From Hydrurus foetidus (lineage: Eukaryota), in assembly GCA_900617105.1 (NCBI GenBank), contig UYFQ01000006.1:248001-312000 (forward strand): a DNA stretch of 64,000 nt, in the 5' to 3' direction. The position numbers and the translations under genes are program-made. Positions 28,156 to 38,540 of the stretch are shown here, in pieces (position 1 is the first letter of the stretch; the number at the start of each line of letters is the position of its first letter). The notes beneath the pieces were generated by a model that had not been told where the DNA came from, ran no database searches, and saw only the letters and a list, made by a program, of their open reading frames with translations.

Positions 28156-28998
28156 ATGGCCATTGAACCTGTTGTGTATGGAAGCTCAGACCGCCCACCG
28201 CGTGGCGACTACAGCCGTGCGGGGGCCGATTACACCTGCCCGCAAGACTACGCGGCCTACACCGAAGCTGACCACGCCACTTACCGCCAGTTGTACGCCC
28301 GGCAAGCGGCGCTGCTGCCAGGTTTGGCGTGTGACGAGTTCATCGCCGCCCTGCCCTCGCTGGGCGCGAGCGACCGGATTCCGCGCTTTGAGGCGGTCAA
28401 CGAGCGGCTGATGGCGGCCACGGGCTGGGAGATCGTCACCGTGCCGGGTTTGATTCCTGAGCTGCCGTTTTTCTCACTCTTGGCTAACCGTAAATTCCCG
28501 GTGACGGACTGGATTCGCACACCTGCTGAGCTGGACTACATCGTGGAGCCGGATGTGTTCCATGACCTGTTTGGCCATGTTCCGATGCTGTTCAACCCGG
28601 TGCTGGCCGACTACGTGCAGCGCTACGGCCAGGGCGGGGTGAAGGCCCATGCACTGGGGGCCTGCGAGCAACTGTCGCGGCTGTACTGGTACACGATTGA
28701 GTTTGGGCTGATACGCCAGCCTGACGGGCTGCGGGCGTATGGCGCGGGCATCCTCAGCTCGAAGGGGGAAATGGCCTTTGCGGTGCGTGACCCGTCACCC
28801 CTGCGTTTACCGCTGACGCTTGAGCGGGCCATGCGCACGCGCTACAAAATTGACACCTACCAGCGCAATTATTTTGTGATCGACAGTTTCGATCAGCTGT
28901 TTGACCTGACGGCGGCGGACTTCACCGCGCTGTACCAGGATTTAGCGCTGGTGCCAGAGATTCAGCCGGGGGTGTTGCAAACGGAAGAAGCCGCTTAA
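28156..28998 (+). CDS. phhA: Phenylalanine 4-monooxygenase
   Basis: EPDVFHDLFGHVP, LYWYTIEFGL, YGAGILSS motifs. Confidence 0.93.
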   Translation: MAIEPVVYGSSDRPPRGDYSRAGADYTCPQDYAAYTEADHATYRQLYARQAALLPGLACDEFIAALPSLGASDRIPRFEAVNERLMAATGWEIVTVPGLIPELPFFSLLANRKFPVTDWIRTPAELDYIVEPDVFHDLFGHVPMLFNPVLADYVQRYGQGGVKAHALGACEQLSRLYWYTIEFGLIRQPDGLRAYGAGILSSKGEMAFAVRDPSPLRLPLTLERAMRTRYKIDTYQRNYFVIDSFDQLFDLTAADFTALYQDLALVPEIQPGVLQTEEAA

Positions 28999-29053
28999 CA
29001 CTATGATTTTAATATCTTTTTACGCCCGTGTAATAAGCTCAAAAGACTGATTT
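28999..29053 (+). repeat. Degenerate copy of dispersed element, overlapping the lipase 3' end
   Basis: ACTAT-gatttta-ATATC core, GCCC at 26-29, AAGC at 37-40, C49, TTT53-55 as in 32648 copy. Confidence 0.6.
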
Positions 29054-29982
29054 AGAACACCTTCGTTAACTGCCATTGCCACATGGGCCACGCCGGGCAC
29101 ATGGCGGTTATCGGCACCGGCGAGAGTGGCCGTTTCCAGCGGAAAGACGATGTTGTCACAGTGGCTGTAAAAGCAGGTGAACGGGGCATAGCCCTGGGGC
29201 AGGTGCTGCATTTCAGCGGCCTCCAGCGCCTGGAGCCACGGGCTGTTTTGCGCCATTTGAACGGAGTTGGGGGTGGCGTAGGCCCCATTCCAGCGCCCCA
29301 GCCATGTCCCGTGGTGCGGTGTGCCGATAGTGATGATGTGGTGGATGCGTGCCGTGTTGTGCGGGCCGTTGTGCGAACCGTGGTGCGGGCCACTGCGCAA
29401 CCAAGCACGGGCTACCAAGCCGCCCATGCTGTGGCAGACCAGCACCGGGGGGAAGCCGGTGGCGAGCGTCACGGCCTGCACGGCCGCTTCGATGGCAGGA
29501 ACGTAGTTGTCAATTGACGTGAAAACAGGCTCCAGGCTGACCGCGACGTAAGCATGGCCCTCCCTACGCAAGCGAGGAAACCAAGGCATCCAGATCGCCC
29601 GGTTGCAGACATAGCCATGAATCAACACCACACCGCGCTGGCCCGTGGGTTGTGCGGGCAAAAAATCAGGCTGTGCGTTGGCCCGGAACTGTGCCCACCA
29701 CATGCCGAACTGTCCCATCACCACGCACTCGCCCCACCAGGCACGCAGCAATTGCAGCGGCGTAGCATCTGGAATGGGGCCTTGGCGCGTGCCAGGGCGC
29801 ACACCAAAGCCGAACAGGTACAGGGCGGTGAATGCCACCCACGTCAGCCCTGCAAACCCGAAGGTGATGGCCAGCACACCCACCGCAGCCCACAAGGGGT
29901 GATGAGGCAAAAACCATAGCAGCCACAGCACATCAGCGGTGCAAATAGCGGCTAAACATCTTCTGAAAAACAGCGTCAACAT
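29020..29982 (-). CDS. Membrane-anchored alpha/beta hydrolase (lipase/esterase)
   Basis: N-terminal hydrophobic segments, HGYVCN, CHSMGG nucleophile elbow, GTPHHG, DNIV, H. Confidence 0.85.
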   Translation of the reverse strand: MLTLFFRRCLAAICTADVLWLLWFLPHHPLWAAVGVLAITFGFAGLTWVAFTALYLFGFGVRPGTRQGPIPDATPLQLLRAWWGECVVMGQFGMWWAQFRANAQPDFLPAQPTGQRGVVLIHGYVCNRAIWMPWFPRLRREGHAYVAVSLEPVFTSIDNYVPAIEAAVQAVTLATGFPPVLVCHSMGGLVARAWLRSGPHHGSHNGPHNTARIHHIITIGTPHHGTWLGRWNGAYATPNSVQMAQNSPWLQALEAAEMQHLPQGYAPFTCFYSHCDNIVFPLETATLAGADNRHVPGVAHVAMAVNEGVLNQSFELITRA

Positions 29983-29997
29983 GGCATCCGTATCGCG

Positions 29998-31647
29998 TCA
30001 GGCCAGAGGTACGCTGTTGGCACCCAAATGTCGAGCCAAATTCTGCGCCAAGCGGTTCACCATGCCGTAAATCGACAATTGGGGGTTCGCACCGATGCTG
30101 GTGGGGAAGAGGGAGCCGTCATGCACCGAGAGGTTGTCGATCTGCCAATGGCGACCGTCGGGGCGCGTCACGCCCAGGTTGTCGCTGCCTGCCATGCCAC
30201 AGCCCCCCATCACGTGGGCACTGACGACTTTGGTCAGCAAGGGCTTCATCGGCAAGGCCTCGATCGCGGCTTTGGCCTGCGCCCAAGAGGTGTACGGCTC
30301 GGCCAGCTCATGCACGGGCAGCACCTTGCGGGCACCGGCGGCGAACTGGATTTCAACCATCGCCAGCAGGGCACGGCGGGCACCTTCCATTACAAAATCG
30401 GTCAACGGGTAGTCCAACAGCGGAGAGCCATCGGGGCGCAAGCTGACTTTGCCGCCAGGGGCATCGGCATGAAAGCCGTCACGCAGCAAGGCCAGCAACA
30501 CCTGGGTGTTGGGGAACTGCTGCAGCAAATCAGCCTGCGGTTGGCCAAAACCCGACACGGTGGATGCAAAAATCACCGGGTGCAGGGGAGGCGCTTCCAG
30601 TTTGAAACCGATGGGGCCTTCGGGGGGCGCGAGTTCTAAAAAATGGTCGGTGTAAATGCTTTGAGGCGCACCGGCCCAGCCGTGTACAGGGGCAGGCATA
30701 ACGGCTGCGGACATCACCACGGGGTGCAAAAAGGTGCGTGTGCCTAAGCGGCCATGTGGATCGGGCGCTTTGGAGCGCATCAACAGCGCGGGTGAGTTGA
30801 TCGCACCACCTGCCAACACGTAGTGCTTTGCTTTTATTTTTATAGCGCCACTTGCTTTCCCCACCTGCTCACCGATGGCATTCACGGGGATGCAGTGCAA
30901 GGCGCTGATGTGGTGATGGCCGTTGGTTTCGGTGAGCGTGAAGCGCTCAGCGCGGGTCTGCACCAAGAGCGTGGCACCGGCGTCCAGGGCGGCGGGGATG
31001 GCGGTGACGAGCATCGACTGCTTGGCGTTGGTCGGGCAGCCCATGCCGCAAGAACCGAGGTTCCAGCAGCCCTTCACGTTGCGTGGAATCACCGCGGTGG
31101 GGATGCCCAGTTTGGCGGCCCCCCGGCGCAAGATGTCGTTGTTCTCGTTGGGCGGGGTGAGCCACGTGCTGATGTTGAGCCGTGTTTCCACCTGTTCAAA
31201 GTAAGGGGCCAGCGTGTCCACGCGGTAGTCGGTCAGTCCAAAGCGCCCTTGCCAGTGGGCCAGCGTGGTAGCAGGGGTGCGGAACGAGCTTGTCCAGTTG
31301 ACGGTGGTGGTGCCGCCCACGCAGCGGCCTTGCAGGATGTTGATGCCCTTGTCTGCCGTCTTGCGGGCAGCGCTTTCCTGGTACAGCGAGGGGTAAGCAT
31401 CAGCTTCTTTTTGCTTGAAATCGGTGCTGGTTTTGAGTGGACCTTCTTCGATGATGACCACCCGCAGGCCGACTTTGGTCAGCAACTCAGCGGTGATGCC
31501 AGCACCGGCACCCGAGCCAATGATGGCCACGTCACAGACAAGCGTGGAGGGGGCTAGGGCGCTGTGGGGGCCGGTGGCACCGATGGCGCCAAACACCTTC
31601 CAGCCGCGCTGAAGGCCTTCCAAAATAGGATCTGGCACATTGCTCAT
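29998..31647 (-). CDS. GMC oxidoreductase, long-chain alcohol oxidase LaoA-like
   Basis: VPDP..EGL.RGWK start, GSGAGAG, GGTTTVNW, CWNLGSCGMGCP, SAHVMG, FPTSIGANP. Confidence 0.85.
   Translation of the reverse strand: MSNVPDPILEGLQRGWKVFGAIGATGPHSALAPSTLVCDVAIIGSGAGAGITAELLTKVGLRVVIIEEGPLKTSTDFKQKEADAYPSLYQESAARKTADKGINILQGRCVGGTTTVNWTSSFRTPATTLAHWQGRFGLTDYRVDTLAPYFEQVETRLNISTWLTPPNENNDILRRGAAKLGIPTAVIPRNVKGCWNLGSCGMGCPTNAKQSMLVTAIPAALDAGATLLVQTRAERFTLTETNGHHHISALHCIPVNAIGEQVGKASGAIKIKAKHYVLAGGAINSPALLMRSKAPDPHGRLGTRTFLHPVVMSAAVMPAPVHGWAGAPQSIYTDHFLELAPPEGPIGFKLEAPPLHPVIFASTVSGFGQPQADLLQQFPNTQVLLALLRDGFHADAPGGKVSLRPDGSPLLDYPLTDFVMEGARRALLAMVEIQFAAGARKVLPVHELAEPYTSWAQAKAAIEALPMKPLLTKVVSAHVMGGCGMAGSDNLGVTRPDGRHWQIDNLSVHDGSLFPTSIGANPQLSIYGMVNRLAQNLARHLGANSVPLA
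30829..30870 (+). repeat. Copy of dispersed element inside GMC CDS
   Basis: GCTTT-tattttt-ATAGC core at 30830-30846, GC at positions 26-27 and 39-40; AT-rich patch in GC-rich gene. Confidence 0.6.
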
Positions 31648-31650
31648 CGG

Positions 31651-32157
31651 TTAAACCTCTTGGGGGCCGGGGTAGCCCAGTTGTACCCAGGTGCTGGAGT
31701 CTGAAAAATAGGCACTGCCCAGAATATCGTGCAGCGCCAAATAGGCTTGCAGGCGCAGGCTGACAGACGAAGTACGCATGCTTTGCAGGGCTTGCTGGAC
31801 GCTGGCGACGGGCGCATCAGCCCAACTTTGACGCAAACCCATCAGACCCAAGCGACCGGCGGGGTGGGCCAGCAGGCTGAGCAACTGGGTCAATTCGGCC
31901 TGACTGTGCCGGGGTAAGGCGTTGATGAGCGCCTCGGTGCGTACACACAAGCCGTTGAAGGCCTGTGTACGCGCTGCGTCGGAGGTGGGCAGATTGCCCT
32001 CCAAAAAGGCCGCACCCAAGGCGGTAATCACCGTGCGGCCTGCCGCGCTGAGGCGGTTGTGGGCCATAGCGGGCTGCCACAGCACCGCCGCACCGCCCAG
32101 CGTTGTGAGCGTCACCGCACTTGCCAAGCCTAATTGGAGCCATCGTCTTCTTTGCAT
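31651..32157 (-). CDS. Twin-arginine-signal protein, LaoB-like partner of the GMC enzyme
   Basis: MQRRRWLQLG signal; C-terminal W..LGYPGP; directly upstream of GMC gene. Confidence 0.7.
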   Translation of the reverse strand: MQRRRWLQLGLASAVTLTTLGGAAVLWQPAMAHNRLSAAGRTVITALGAAFLEGNLPTSDAARTQAFNGLCVRTEALINALPRHSQAELTQLLSLLAHPAGRLGLMGLRQSWADAPVASVQQALQSMRTSSVSLRLQAYLALHDILGSAYFSDSSTWVQLGYPGPQEV

Positions 32158-32267
32158 GGGGCGGACTATCGCACAGGAAGGCACGCTCGCCGTAGAGCGG
32201 CCAGCCTAGCCCGCCTAGGGGTTTGTGCGCGACTGAGTGCGGGGCGCGGGCTAGACTCCAGCCCTGT

Positions 32268-33062
32268 ATGAACACCGCCCTCAAGATCAGAGATGCCCTC
32301 GCCCAAGTCGCCGAACTGCACCAACACACCGCCCAACAGCCCGCGCGGGTAGCCGCCGTCCAGGCCGTCAAACGGCTGCAAGCCCAGCGCTTTGCGGGAA
32401 CGTATGCTGATATTTTGCAAACCAGCAGCAAAACCGGAGATAAAACGGGCTACGCCCCGGCAGCCCGTTTTTTCATGACAGAGCTGTACAGCGCACGTGA
32501 TTACAGCCAACGCGATGCCCAATTTTCGCGCATTGCGGGCACGATTGAAAAGCTGTTCCCAGCCAAAGTGAGTGCCTTGGCGCTGGCTTTGGCGCAATTG
32601 CATGCGCTGTCGGAAGAGCTTGACCACGCTATGGGTAAGGCTTGGCTTGCTATTGAAAGAGGAGCTTTGATAGCCCATCCAGAAAGCGAGAGAAGCACTT
32701 TTCAAGCCAAAATTTACACTCAAGCATGGCGTACCGTGGCCCGCCAAGAAGACCGCCATGCCCAACTGCGCATCGTGCTGGATATTGGCAAGGAACTCGG
32801 GCGGCTGACGCGCACGCTGGGGCTGCGCCACCTGATCCGCATGATGCGCGGCCCTGCCAGCGCTGCGGGTTTGCGCACGCTGCAAACCTTCTTGGAAACC
32901 GGTTTTGACACCTTTGCTGCGCTGGCCGGTACGCCGGGCGGTGTCCAAGGTTTTCTGGCGTTGATTGAGGTGCGTGAAGGTGCGTTGATGCAGCTGCTGT
33001 TTGATGCCAACGCTGTCACCTGCGAGACGGAACTGCGACGCACATTAGGAGAAGTCCCGTAA
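32268..33062 (+). CDS. Conserved hypothetical protein (FFLEELY-motif type)
   Basis: Q..RF..TYAD, AARFFMTELY, RDAQF.RI, LQ.FLE.GF. Confidence 0.7.
   Translation: MNTALKIRDALAQVAELHQHTAQQPARVAAVQAVKRLQAQRFAGTYADILQTSSKTGDKTGYAPAARFFMTELYSARDYSQRDAQFSRIAGTIEKLFPAKVSALALALAQLHALSEELDHAMGKAWLAIERGALIAHPESERSTFQAKIYTQAWRTVARQEDRHAQLRIVLDIGKELGRLTRTLGLRHLIRMMRGPASAAGLRTLQTFLETGFDTFAALAGTPGGVQGFLALIEVREGALMQLLFDANAVTCETELRRTLGEVP
32648..32702 (+). repeat. Copy of dispersed element inside hypothetical CDS
   Basis: GCTAT-tgaaaga-GGAGC core at 32649-32665 plus conserved downstream positions. Confidence 0.7.
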
Positions 33063-33110
33063 CAGCAACAGCCCGAGAAGCCACACAATCTGTGCCAAAG
33101 GAGACATTCC

Positions 33111-34796
33111 ATGGACAGATTTTGGCTAAAAAGTTACCCGACTGAGGTGCCGCACGAGATTGACCCCGCCCAGTACCGCTCGCTGGGGCAGTTGTTTGAC
33201 GAGTCGTTCAGCAAAAATGCAAACCGCCCGTTTTCGGTCTGCATGGACCGCACGATGAGCTATGGCGAACTGGACGAACGCTCTACCGCCATCGGCGTGT
33301 GGCTGCAAAGCCTGGGCTTGCCCGCCGGTGCACGCATCGCGCTGATGCTGCCCAACATCCCGCAGTTCCCCGTCAGCATGGCGGGCATCTTGCGTGCGGG
33401 CTTCACCTGCGTGAATGTGAACCCGCTGTACACACCCCGTGAGCTGGAACACCAGCTGAAGGATTCGGGCGCGACCGTCATCATCATTTTGGAAAACTTC
33501 GCCACCACGCTGGCCGAGGTGATTGACAAAACACCGATCAAGCAGGTGGTGATGGCCTCAATGGGTGATTTGCTGGGCGGCGCTTACGGCCAATGGATCA
33601 CCTTCGCCGTGCGCCATGTGGCGAAGATGGTGCCGCCGTACAAGCTGCCGCTAACCAACGGCTTGAAGGTGACGACGTTCAAAAAAGCGCTCGCCGCTGG
33701 CATGAACAAACCCCTGAAAGCAGCGAACAGCACGCTCGATTCAATCGCCTTTTTGCAGTACACGGGGGGCACCACGGGCCTCTCGAAAGGTGCGGTGTTG
33801 ACGCACCGCTGCATCGTGGCGGCGATTTTGCAGGCCGAGGCATGGTTCACCCCGGCGCTGAAAAAGGTGGGGGATGTCCATAAAATCAACAGCATTGCCG
33901 CACTGCCGCTGTACCACATATTCGCGCTGACGCTGTGCCTGCTGGCCATCCGCCAAGGCTCATCACTGACGCTGATCCCCAATCCACGCGACTTTGGTAA
34001 GTTCATTGAGGTGCTGAAGAAACGGCCCTTCCACATGCTGCCTGCGGTGAACACCTTGTTCAATGCGCTGTTACAGCATCCCGAGTTCAAAACTGTGGAT
34101 TTCTCAACTTTGTACGTGTCGCAAGCGGGCGGCATGGCAGCCTCAGAAGGCACGGCCAAAGCATGGCTGAAAACTACCGGCTGCGGCATGGTAGAGGGCT
34201 GGGGCATGAGCGAGACCTGCGCGATTGGCACCAACAACCCGGTAACGAACAAAAACTTCACCGGCACGATTGGCCTGCCGCTGCCCAGCATTGACATTGC
34301 GATCTTGGACGACGACGGCAAGCCTGTCGCACAAGGCGAGTCCGGCGAAATCGGCATCCGTGGCCCGAACGTGATGACGGGCTACTACAACCAGCCCGAA
34401 GAGAACGCCAAAGCCTTCACCGCTGACGGCTTCCTTCGCACGGGTGACATCGGCATCATGGATGCGCACGGTTACACCAAGATCATCGATCGCAAGAAAG
34501 ACATGATCATTGTGAGCGGCTTCAACGTCTTCCCGAACGAGCTGGAAAACGTGATTTCGCTGTGCCCTGGCGTGGTGGAATGCGCCGTTATCGGCATCCC
34601 GGATGACAAGACGGGCGAGGCGATCAAAGCGTTTGTGGTGAAGAGCGAGCCTGGCTTGTCGGAAGAAGACGTGGCGCGTTTCTGCCAAGACAAGCTGACC
34701 GGCTACAAGCGGCCCAAGCACATTGAATTCCGTGATTCGCTGCCTAAAACCAATGTGGGGAAAATTTTACGGCGCGAGCTTAGGCCAGCTAAGTGA
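33111..34796 (+). CDS. fadD: Long-chain fatty acid--CoA ligase
   Basis: LQYTGGTTGLSKGA, EGWGMSET, RTGDIG, DRKKDMI, LPKTNVGKILRR. Confidence 0.9.
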   Translation: MDRFWLKSYPTEVPHEIDPAQYRSLGQLFDESFSKNANRPFSVCMDRTMSYGELDERSTAIGVWLQSLGLPAGARIALMLPNIPQFPVSMAGILRAGFTCVNVNPLYTPRELEHQLKDSGATVIIILENFATTLAEVIDKTPIKQVVMASMGDLLGGAYGQWITFAVRHVAKMVPPYKLPLTNGLKVTTFKKALAAGMNKPLKAANSTLDSIAFLQYTGGTTGLSKGAVLTHRCIVAAILQAEAWFTPALKKVGDVHKINSIAALPLYHIFALTLCLLAIRQGSSLTLIPNPRDFGKFIEVLKKRPFHMLPAVNTLFNALLQHPEFKTVDFSTLYVSQAGGMAASEGTAKAWLKTTGCGMVEGWGMSETCAIGTNNPVTNKNFTGTIGLPLPSIDIAILDDDGKPVAQGESGEIGIRGPNVMTGYYNQPEENAKAFTADGFLRTGDIGIMDAHGYTKIIDRKKDMIIVSGFNVFPNELENVISLCPGVVECAVIGIPDDKTGEAIKAFVVKSEPGLSEEDVARFCQDKLTGYKRPKHIEFRDSLPKTNVGKILRRELRPAK

Positions 34797-35728
34797 GTGA
34801 TGAAATGGGGCAAACGGAATTTGCACTGCCAGCTGGCATCACCGTCTTAGAACGCGGCTGGCTGTCGTCCAACAACATTGTGTTGTTGGGCGAGCAAACG
34901 GCGGTGGTGGACACCGGTTACGCGACCCACGCACCGCAAACCGTGGCGCTGCTGGATGCCATTTTGGATAGACAACCACTGGACAAGTTGCTCAATACCC
35001 ATTTGCACAGCGACCATTGCGGTGGCAATGCAGCACTGCAAGCACGTTACCCTGGGGTGCAAACCCTGATTCCGCCAGGGCAAGCGACGCTGGTACGCGA
35101 CTGGGATCCCGTAGGCTTGAGCTACACACCTACGGGCCAGCAATGCCCTGCGTTCGCGTTCGATAGCGTACTGCAACCAGGTGCAGAGGTGCAGTTGGGC
35201 GCGTTGGCATGGCAAATCCACGCCGCACCAGGGCATGACCCGCATTCTGTGGTGCTGTTTCAGGCTGAACACCGCATCTTGATCTCAGCGGATGCACTGT
35301 GGGAACGCGGCTTTGGCGTGGTGTTCCCTGAGTTAGATGGGGAACAAGCGTTTGCGCAAGTTGGCGCTACGCTGGACTTGATTGAACGCCTAGCACCGCG
35401 CACCGTTATTCCAGGACATGGAAGTGTCTTCACCAATGTGGGCACATCACTTGCTTATGCTCGTGACCGCCTCGACAATTTCAGGCGTGAACCGCAAAAG
35501 CACGCGCTGCACGCAGGCAAGGTGCTTCTGAAATTCAAGTTACTGGAATTACAAAGGGTACCACTTACCGTTTTGTTGGACTGGGCCTGCCAGACCCCGC
35601 AAATGGAAGCCATACAGCGTCGCATGTTTCCAGAATGGACACTGCGCAGCTGGGCTAGGACGTTATTGGATGCGTTGCTAAGTGGCGGCGCGGCTGCACG
35701 CGACGGTGATGATATTTTGAACACTTGA
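34793..35728 (+). CDS. MBL-fold metallo-hydrolase
   Basis: THLHSDHCG, PGH, SADALW, VIPGHG motifs. Confidence 0.9.
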   Translation: MSDEMGQTEFALPAGITVLERGWLSSNNIVLLGEQTAVVDTGYATHAPQTVALLDAILDRQPLDKLLNTHLHSDHCGGNAALQARYPGVQTLIPPGQATLVRDWDPVGLSYTPTGQQCPAFAFDSVLQPGAEVQLGALAWQIHAAPGHDPHSVVLFQAEHRILISADALWERGFGVVFPELDGEQAFAQVGATLDLIERLAPRTVIPGHGSVFTNVGTSLAYARDRLDNFRREPQKHALHAGKVLLKFKLLELQRVPLTVLLDWACQTPQMEAIQRRMFPEWTLRSWARTLLDALLSGGAAARDGDDILNT

Positions 35729-35744
35729 AGCAGAACACAACGCT

Positions 35745-36764
35745 ATGTTGCTTGATTTTCGTCCGAATAGTTTTTTGAGTTGCACCGCAGGACGTGCATT
35801 GGTGCTGTGCTGCGGTTTATTGGCGCTATGTCCTGCGCAGGCTGCCGTCAGCAGCAGCGGTGCAGCCGCTTTGCTGGCTAAGTACGAATCGCTGCTCAGT
35901 ACATTGAGCCAAAATGCCTTTCAGCGTCAGATGCATTTGGAGTCAAGTGAGTCGTCTAATGGCTTGAGAGGCGATATTTACGCCGTGGTAGATCATTCTT
36001 TTGCTGCCGTCGATGCTGCGTTGAACAGCCCAGCGCAGTGGTGCGAGGTCATGATCCTGCACATCAATAATCGGCAATGCCAATTTTCGAATCCTAACGC
36101 GAACAGCAACGGAAATGGCACCACATTGGTCACACTCAGCATAGTACGCAAGTACGACCAGCCTTTAGAGCAAGCATTTCGGGTACCTTTTGCATACCGC
36201 AAAGAAGCCTATTCAGCAGGCTATTTTTCTTCCAAACTCAGCGCCGAAAATGGCCCAATGGGAACCAGCAACTATCAAATAATACTGGAAGCTGTACCGT
36301 TGGCTGGCAAGCGAAGTTTTTTGCACTTTGCCTATTCTTACGATACCAATTTCATCGCCAAAGCCACGATGGCGGCGTATTTAGCCACGTTTGGCAGCAG
36401 CAAAATGGGGTTCACCGTGGTACAGCCCCTCATACAGAGTGAACCAGTGGGCGAAGGAAGTCGGGAAATCAAACAGGAGCCTGTCTACATCCGAGGAATG
36501 CGCGGCCTGATGGAGCGCAACGCTATGCGCTACTACCTGGCCATTGAAGCCTACCTTGCGCACATGACCGCACCAGCCACCGAACAGCTGGACAAGCGCC
36601 TGAACAGCTGGTTCAACCAAATCGAGCGCTACCCCAAGCAACTGCACGAGGCCGATCGCGCCACCTACCTGCGCTTGAAGCGTGTGGACTATGCCGCGAT
36701 GCAGTCAGCACTGGGTACGGTTTCAGAAACTGCGGTGGGTACAGGCACTGCGCCTGCACGATAA
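35745..36764 (+). CDS. Hypothetical exported protein
   Basis: 339-aa ORF with signal-peptide-like N-terminus, co-oriented with fadD/MBL. Confidence 0.7.
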   Translation: MLLDFRPNSFLSCTAGRALVLCCGLLALCPAQAAVSSSGAAALLAKYESLLSTLSQNAFQRQMHLESSESSNGLRGDIYAVVDHSFAAVDAALNSPAQWCEVMILHINNRQCQFSNPNANSNGNGTTLVTLSIVRKYDQPLEQAFRVPFAYRKEAYSAGYFSSKLSAENGPMGTSNYQIILEAVPLAGKRSFLHFAYSYDTNFIAKATMAAYLATFGSSKMGFTVVQPLIQSEPVGEGSREIKQEPVYIRGMRGLMERNAMRYYLAIEAYLAHMTAPATEQLDKRLNSWFNQIERYPKQLHEADRATYLRLKRVDYAAMQSALGTVSETAVGTGTAPAR

Positions 36765-36802
36765 CGCTAATGTGGTGTTTTGCTTTGTATTCAGTACAGA
36801 CG

Positions 36803-36830
36803 AAAAAAAGCCTACTTTCGTAGGCTTTTT
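36803..36830. terminator. Bidirectional intrinsic terminator
   Basis: A7-GCCTAC-tttc-GTAGGC-T5 between convergent genes. Confidence 0.85.
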
Positions 36831-36854
36831 AAAACAACACTGAGTTGCTTGTGT

Positions 36855-36881
36855 TGGTTGCGCGAGTAGGATTTGAACCTA

Positions 36882-36915
<34 letters not shown>

Positions 36916-36931
36916 GCTGCTCCATCGCGCG
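36855..36931 (-). tRNA. tRNA-fMet (initiator, anticodon CAT)
   Basis: 77 nt cloverleaf ending CCA; C1:A72 mismatch; GGG/CCC anticodon stem; GTTCAAATC T-loop. Confidence 0.95.
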
Positions 36932-36955
36932 GTATTTCTAAAGTATAACCTGCTT

Positions 36956-37348
36956 TTACTCGGCAGCGTCAACTATTTCAGTTTTATCTGCACCACGGTC
37001 CACCAATTCGACCAAAGCCATAGGTGCGTTGTCGCCCACACGAAAACCCATTTTCAAAATGCGGGTGTAACCACCTGGACGCGCAGCAAAGCGTGGGCCC
37101 AGATCAGCAAACAACTTCACCACGTTGTCGCGGTTACGCAAGCGGTCAAAGGCCAAACGCTTGTGCGCCAGGGTATTTTCTTTGGCCAATGTGATCATGG
37201 GCTCAACCACGCGGCGCAGTTCTTTAGCCTTAGGCAAAGTGGTCTTGATGACTTCATGCTCAATGAGCGAATTCATCATGTTGCGCAACATCGCGAGACG
37301 GTGTGAGCTGGTGCGGTTAAGTTTACGAAGTCCGTGTCCGTGACGCAT
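36956..37348 (-). CDS. rplQ: 50S ribosomal protein L17
   Basis: [17 protein letters not shown]...RPGGYTRI. Confidence 0.98.
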   Translation of the reverse strand: MRHGHGLRKLNRTSSHRLAMLRNMMNSLIEHEVIKTTLPKAKELRRVVEPMITLAKENTLAHKRLAFDRLRNRDNVVKLFADLGPRFAARPGGYTRILKMGFRVGDNAPMALVELVDRGADKTEIVDAAE

Positions 37349-37445
37349 GGTGCTTTTCCTTTAATTTATAAAACCAGGCGGCCGGATCAGGTACCGCCTG
37401 TTGCACTGCCCAGTGCTGACCATCAGCACGTGGGCGAATTTTCGA

Positions 37446-38435
37446 TTATCGCTTATCTAAACCTACGGGTGGCCAGCTATCGAGCTTCATGCCCAAGGTC
37501 AAGCCACGAGAAGCCAAAACTTCTTTGATTTCATTGAGCGATTTGCGCCCTAAATTAGGGGTCTTCAACAACTCGTTTTCTGAGCGCTGAATCAAATCGC
37601 CAATGTAGTAAATGTTTTCCGCTTTCAGGCAGTTGGCAGAACGAACGGTCAACTCTAACTCGTCCACAGGACGGAGCAAGATAGGGTCAAATTGGGCGTT
37701 ACCGCGTGGTGCCGGTGCATCAAATGCAGCCAATTCGCTACCTTCCAATTGAGCAAACACAGCGAGCTGTTCTACCAAAATTTTGGCAGAAGCGCGCACA
37801 GCATCCTCAGCGGTTACAGCACCGTTGGTTTCGATTTCCATCACCAACTTGTCCAAGTCGGTCCGTTGCTCAACTCGAGCGCTTTCAACGGTATAGCTGA
37901 CACGCTTCACTGGAGAGAACGAGGCATCCAGCACAATACGGCCGATCGACTTTGTTGGCTCATCGGCATAACGGCGCATCGTACCTGGCACATAACCACG
38001 GCCTTTTTCAACCTTGATTTGCATGTCCAACTTGCCGCCTTGCGACAAATGGGCAATAACATGGCCGGGGTTGACGATTTCAACGTCGTGCGGCGTTTGA
38101 ATATCCGCGGCAGTTACAACGCCTTCACCGTCTTTGCGCAGACTCAGAGTTACTTCGTCGCGGTTATGCAGTTTGAAGACCACACCTTTGAGGTTCAAAA
38201 GGATGTTAACTACATCTTCTTGAACACCGTCGATGGAAGAGTACTCGTGCAACACACCAGCGATGGTGACTTCGGTCGCAGCGTACCCGACCATGGAAGA
38301 CAACAAAACACGGCGCAGGGCATTGCCCAGCGTGTGGCCATAGCCACGCTCAAAAGGCTCCAAAGTCACCTTGGCACGGAGCGCAGTCACGTGCTCAACA
38401 TTGATGGCTTTGGGTTTCAGCAAATTGGTTTGCAT
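37446..38435 (-). CDS. rpoA: RNA polymerase alpha subunit
   Basis: [27 protein letters not shown]. Confidence 0.98.
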   Translation of the reverse strand: MQTNLLKPKAINVEHVTALRAKVTLEPFERGYGHTLGNALRRVLLSSMVGYAATEVTIAGVLHEYSSIDGVQEDVVNILLNLKGVVFKLHNRDEVTLSLRKDGEGVVTAADIQTPHDVEIVNPGHVIAHLSQGGKLDMQIKVEKGRGYVPGTMRRYADEPTKSIGRIVLDASFSPVKRVSYTVESARVEQRTDLDKLVMEIETNGAVTAEDAVRASAKILVEQLAVFAQLEGSELAAFDAPAPRGNAQFDPILLRPVDELELTVRSANCLKAENIYYIGDLIQRSENELLKTPNLGRKSLNEIKEVLASRGLTLGMKLDSWPPVGLDKR

Positions 38436-38540
38436 GCAAGCTTCCTGTCAATACCCCCGGCTCGTTACACCGGTAAGGCTGGTGGAGTATCGACGGAGCG
38501 TGCGGGCTTTTGTCGATACGGATTCGGTGAAAATTGACAA

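Noticed and set aside
29348..29392. 12-bp in-frame repeats in the lipase (GPHHGSHNGPHN); similar QQVT repeats in the WS/DGAT N-terminus
   Set aside because: Short slippage duplications in probable linkers with no evidence of function.
36268..36287. Possible extra copies of the dispersed element (also 45336-45352)
   Set aside because: Only one half-site matches or the spacer length is wrong; not counted.
36855..36931. tRNA-fMet as an island integration site
   Set aside because: No duplicated tRNA 3' end or integrase was found in the window.
36942..36972. Possible tRNA promoter TTGACG...TATACT
   Set aside because: Spacer is 19 bp; plausible but not well enough supported.
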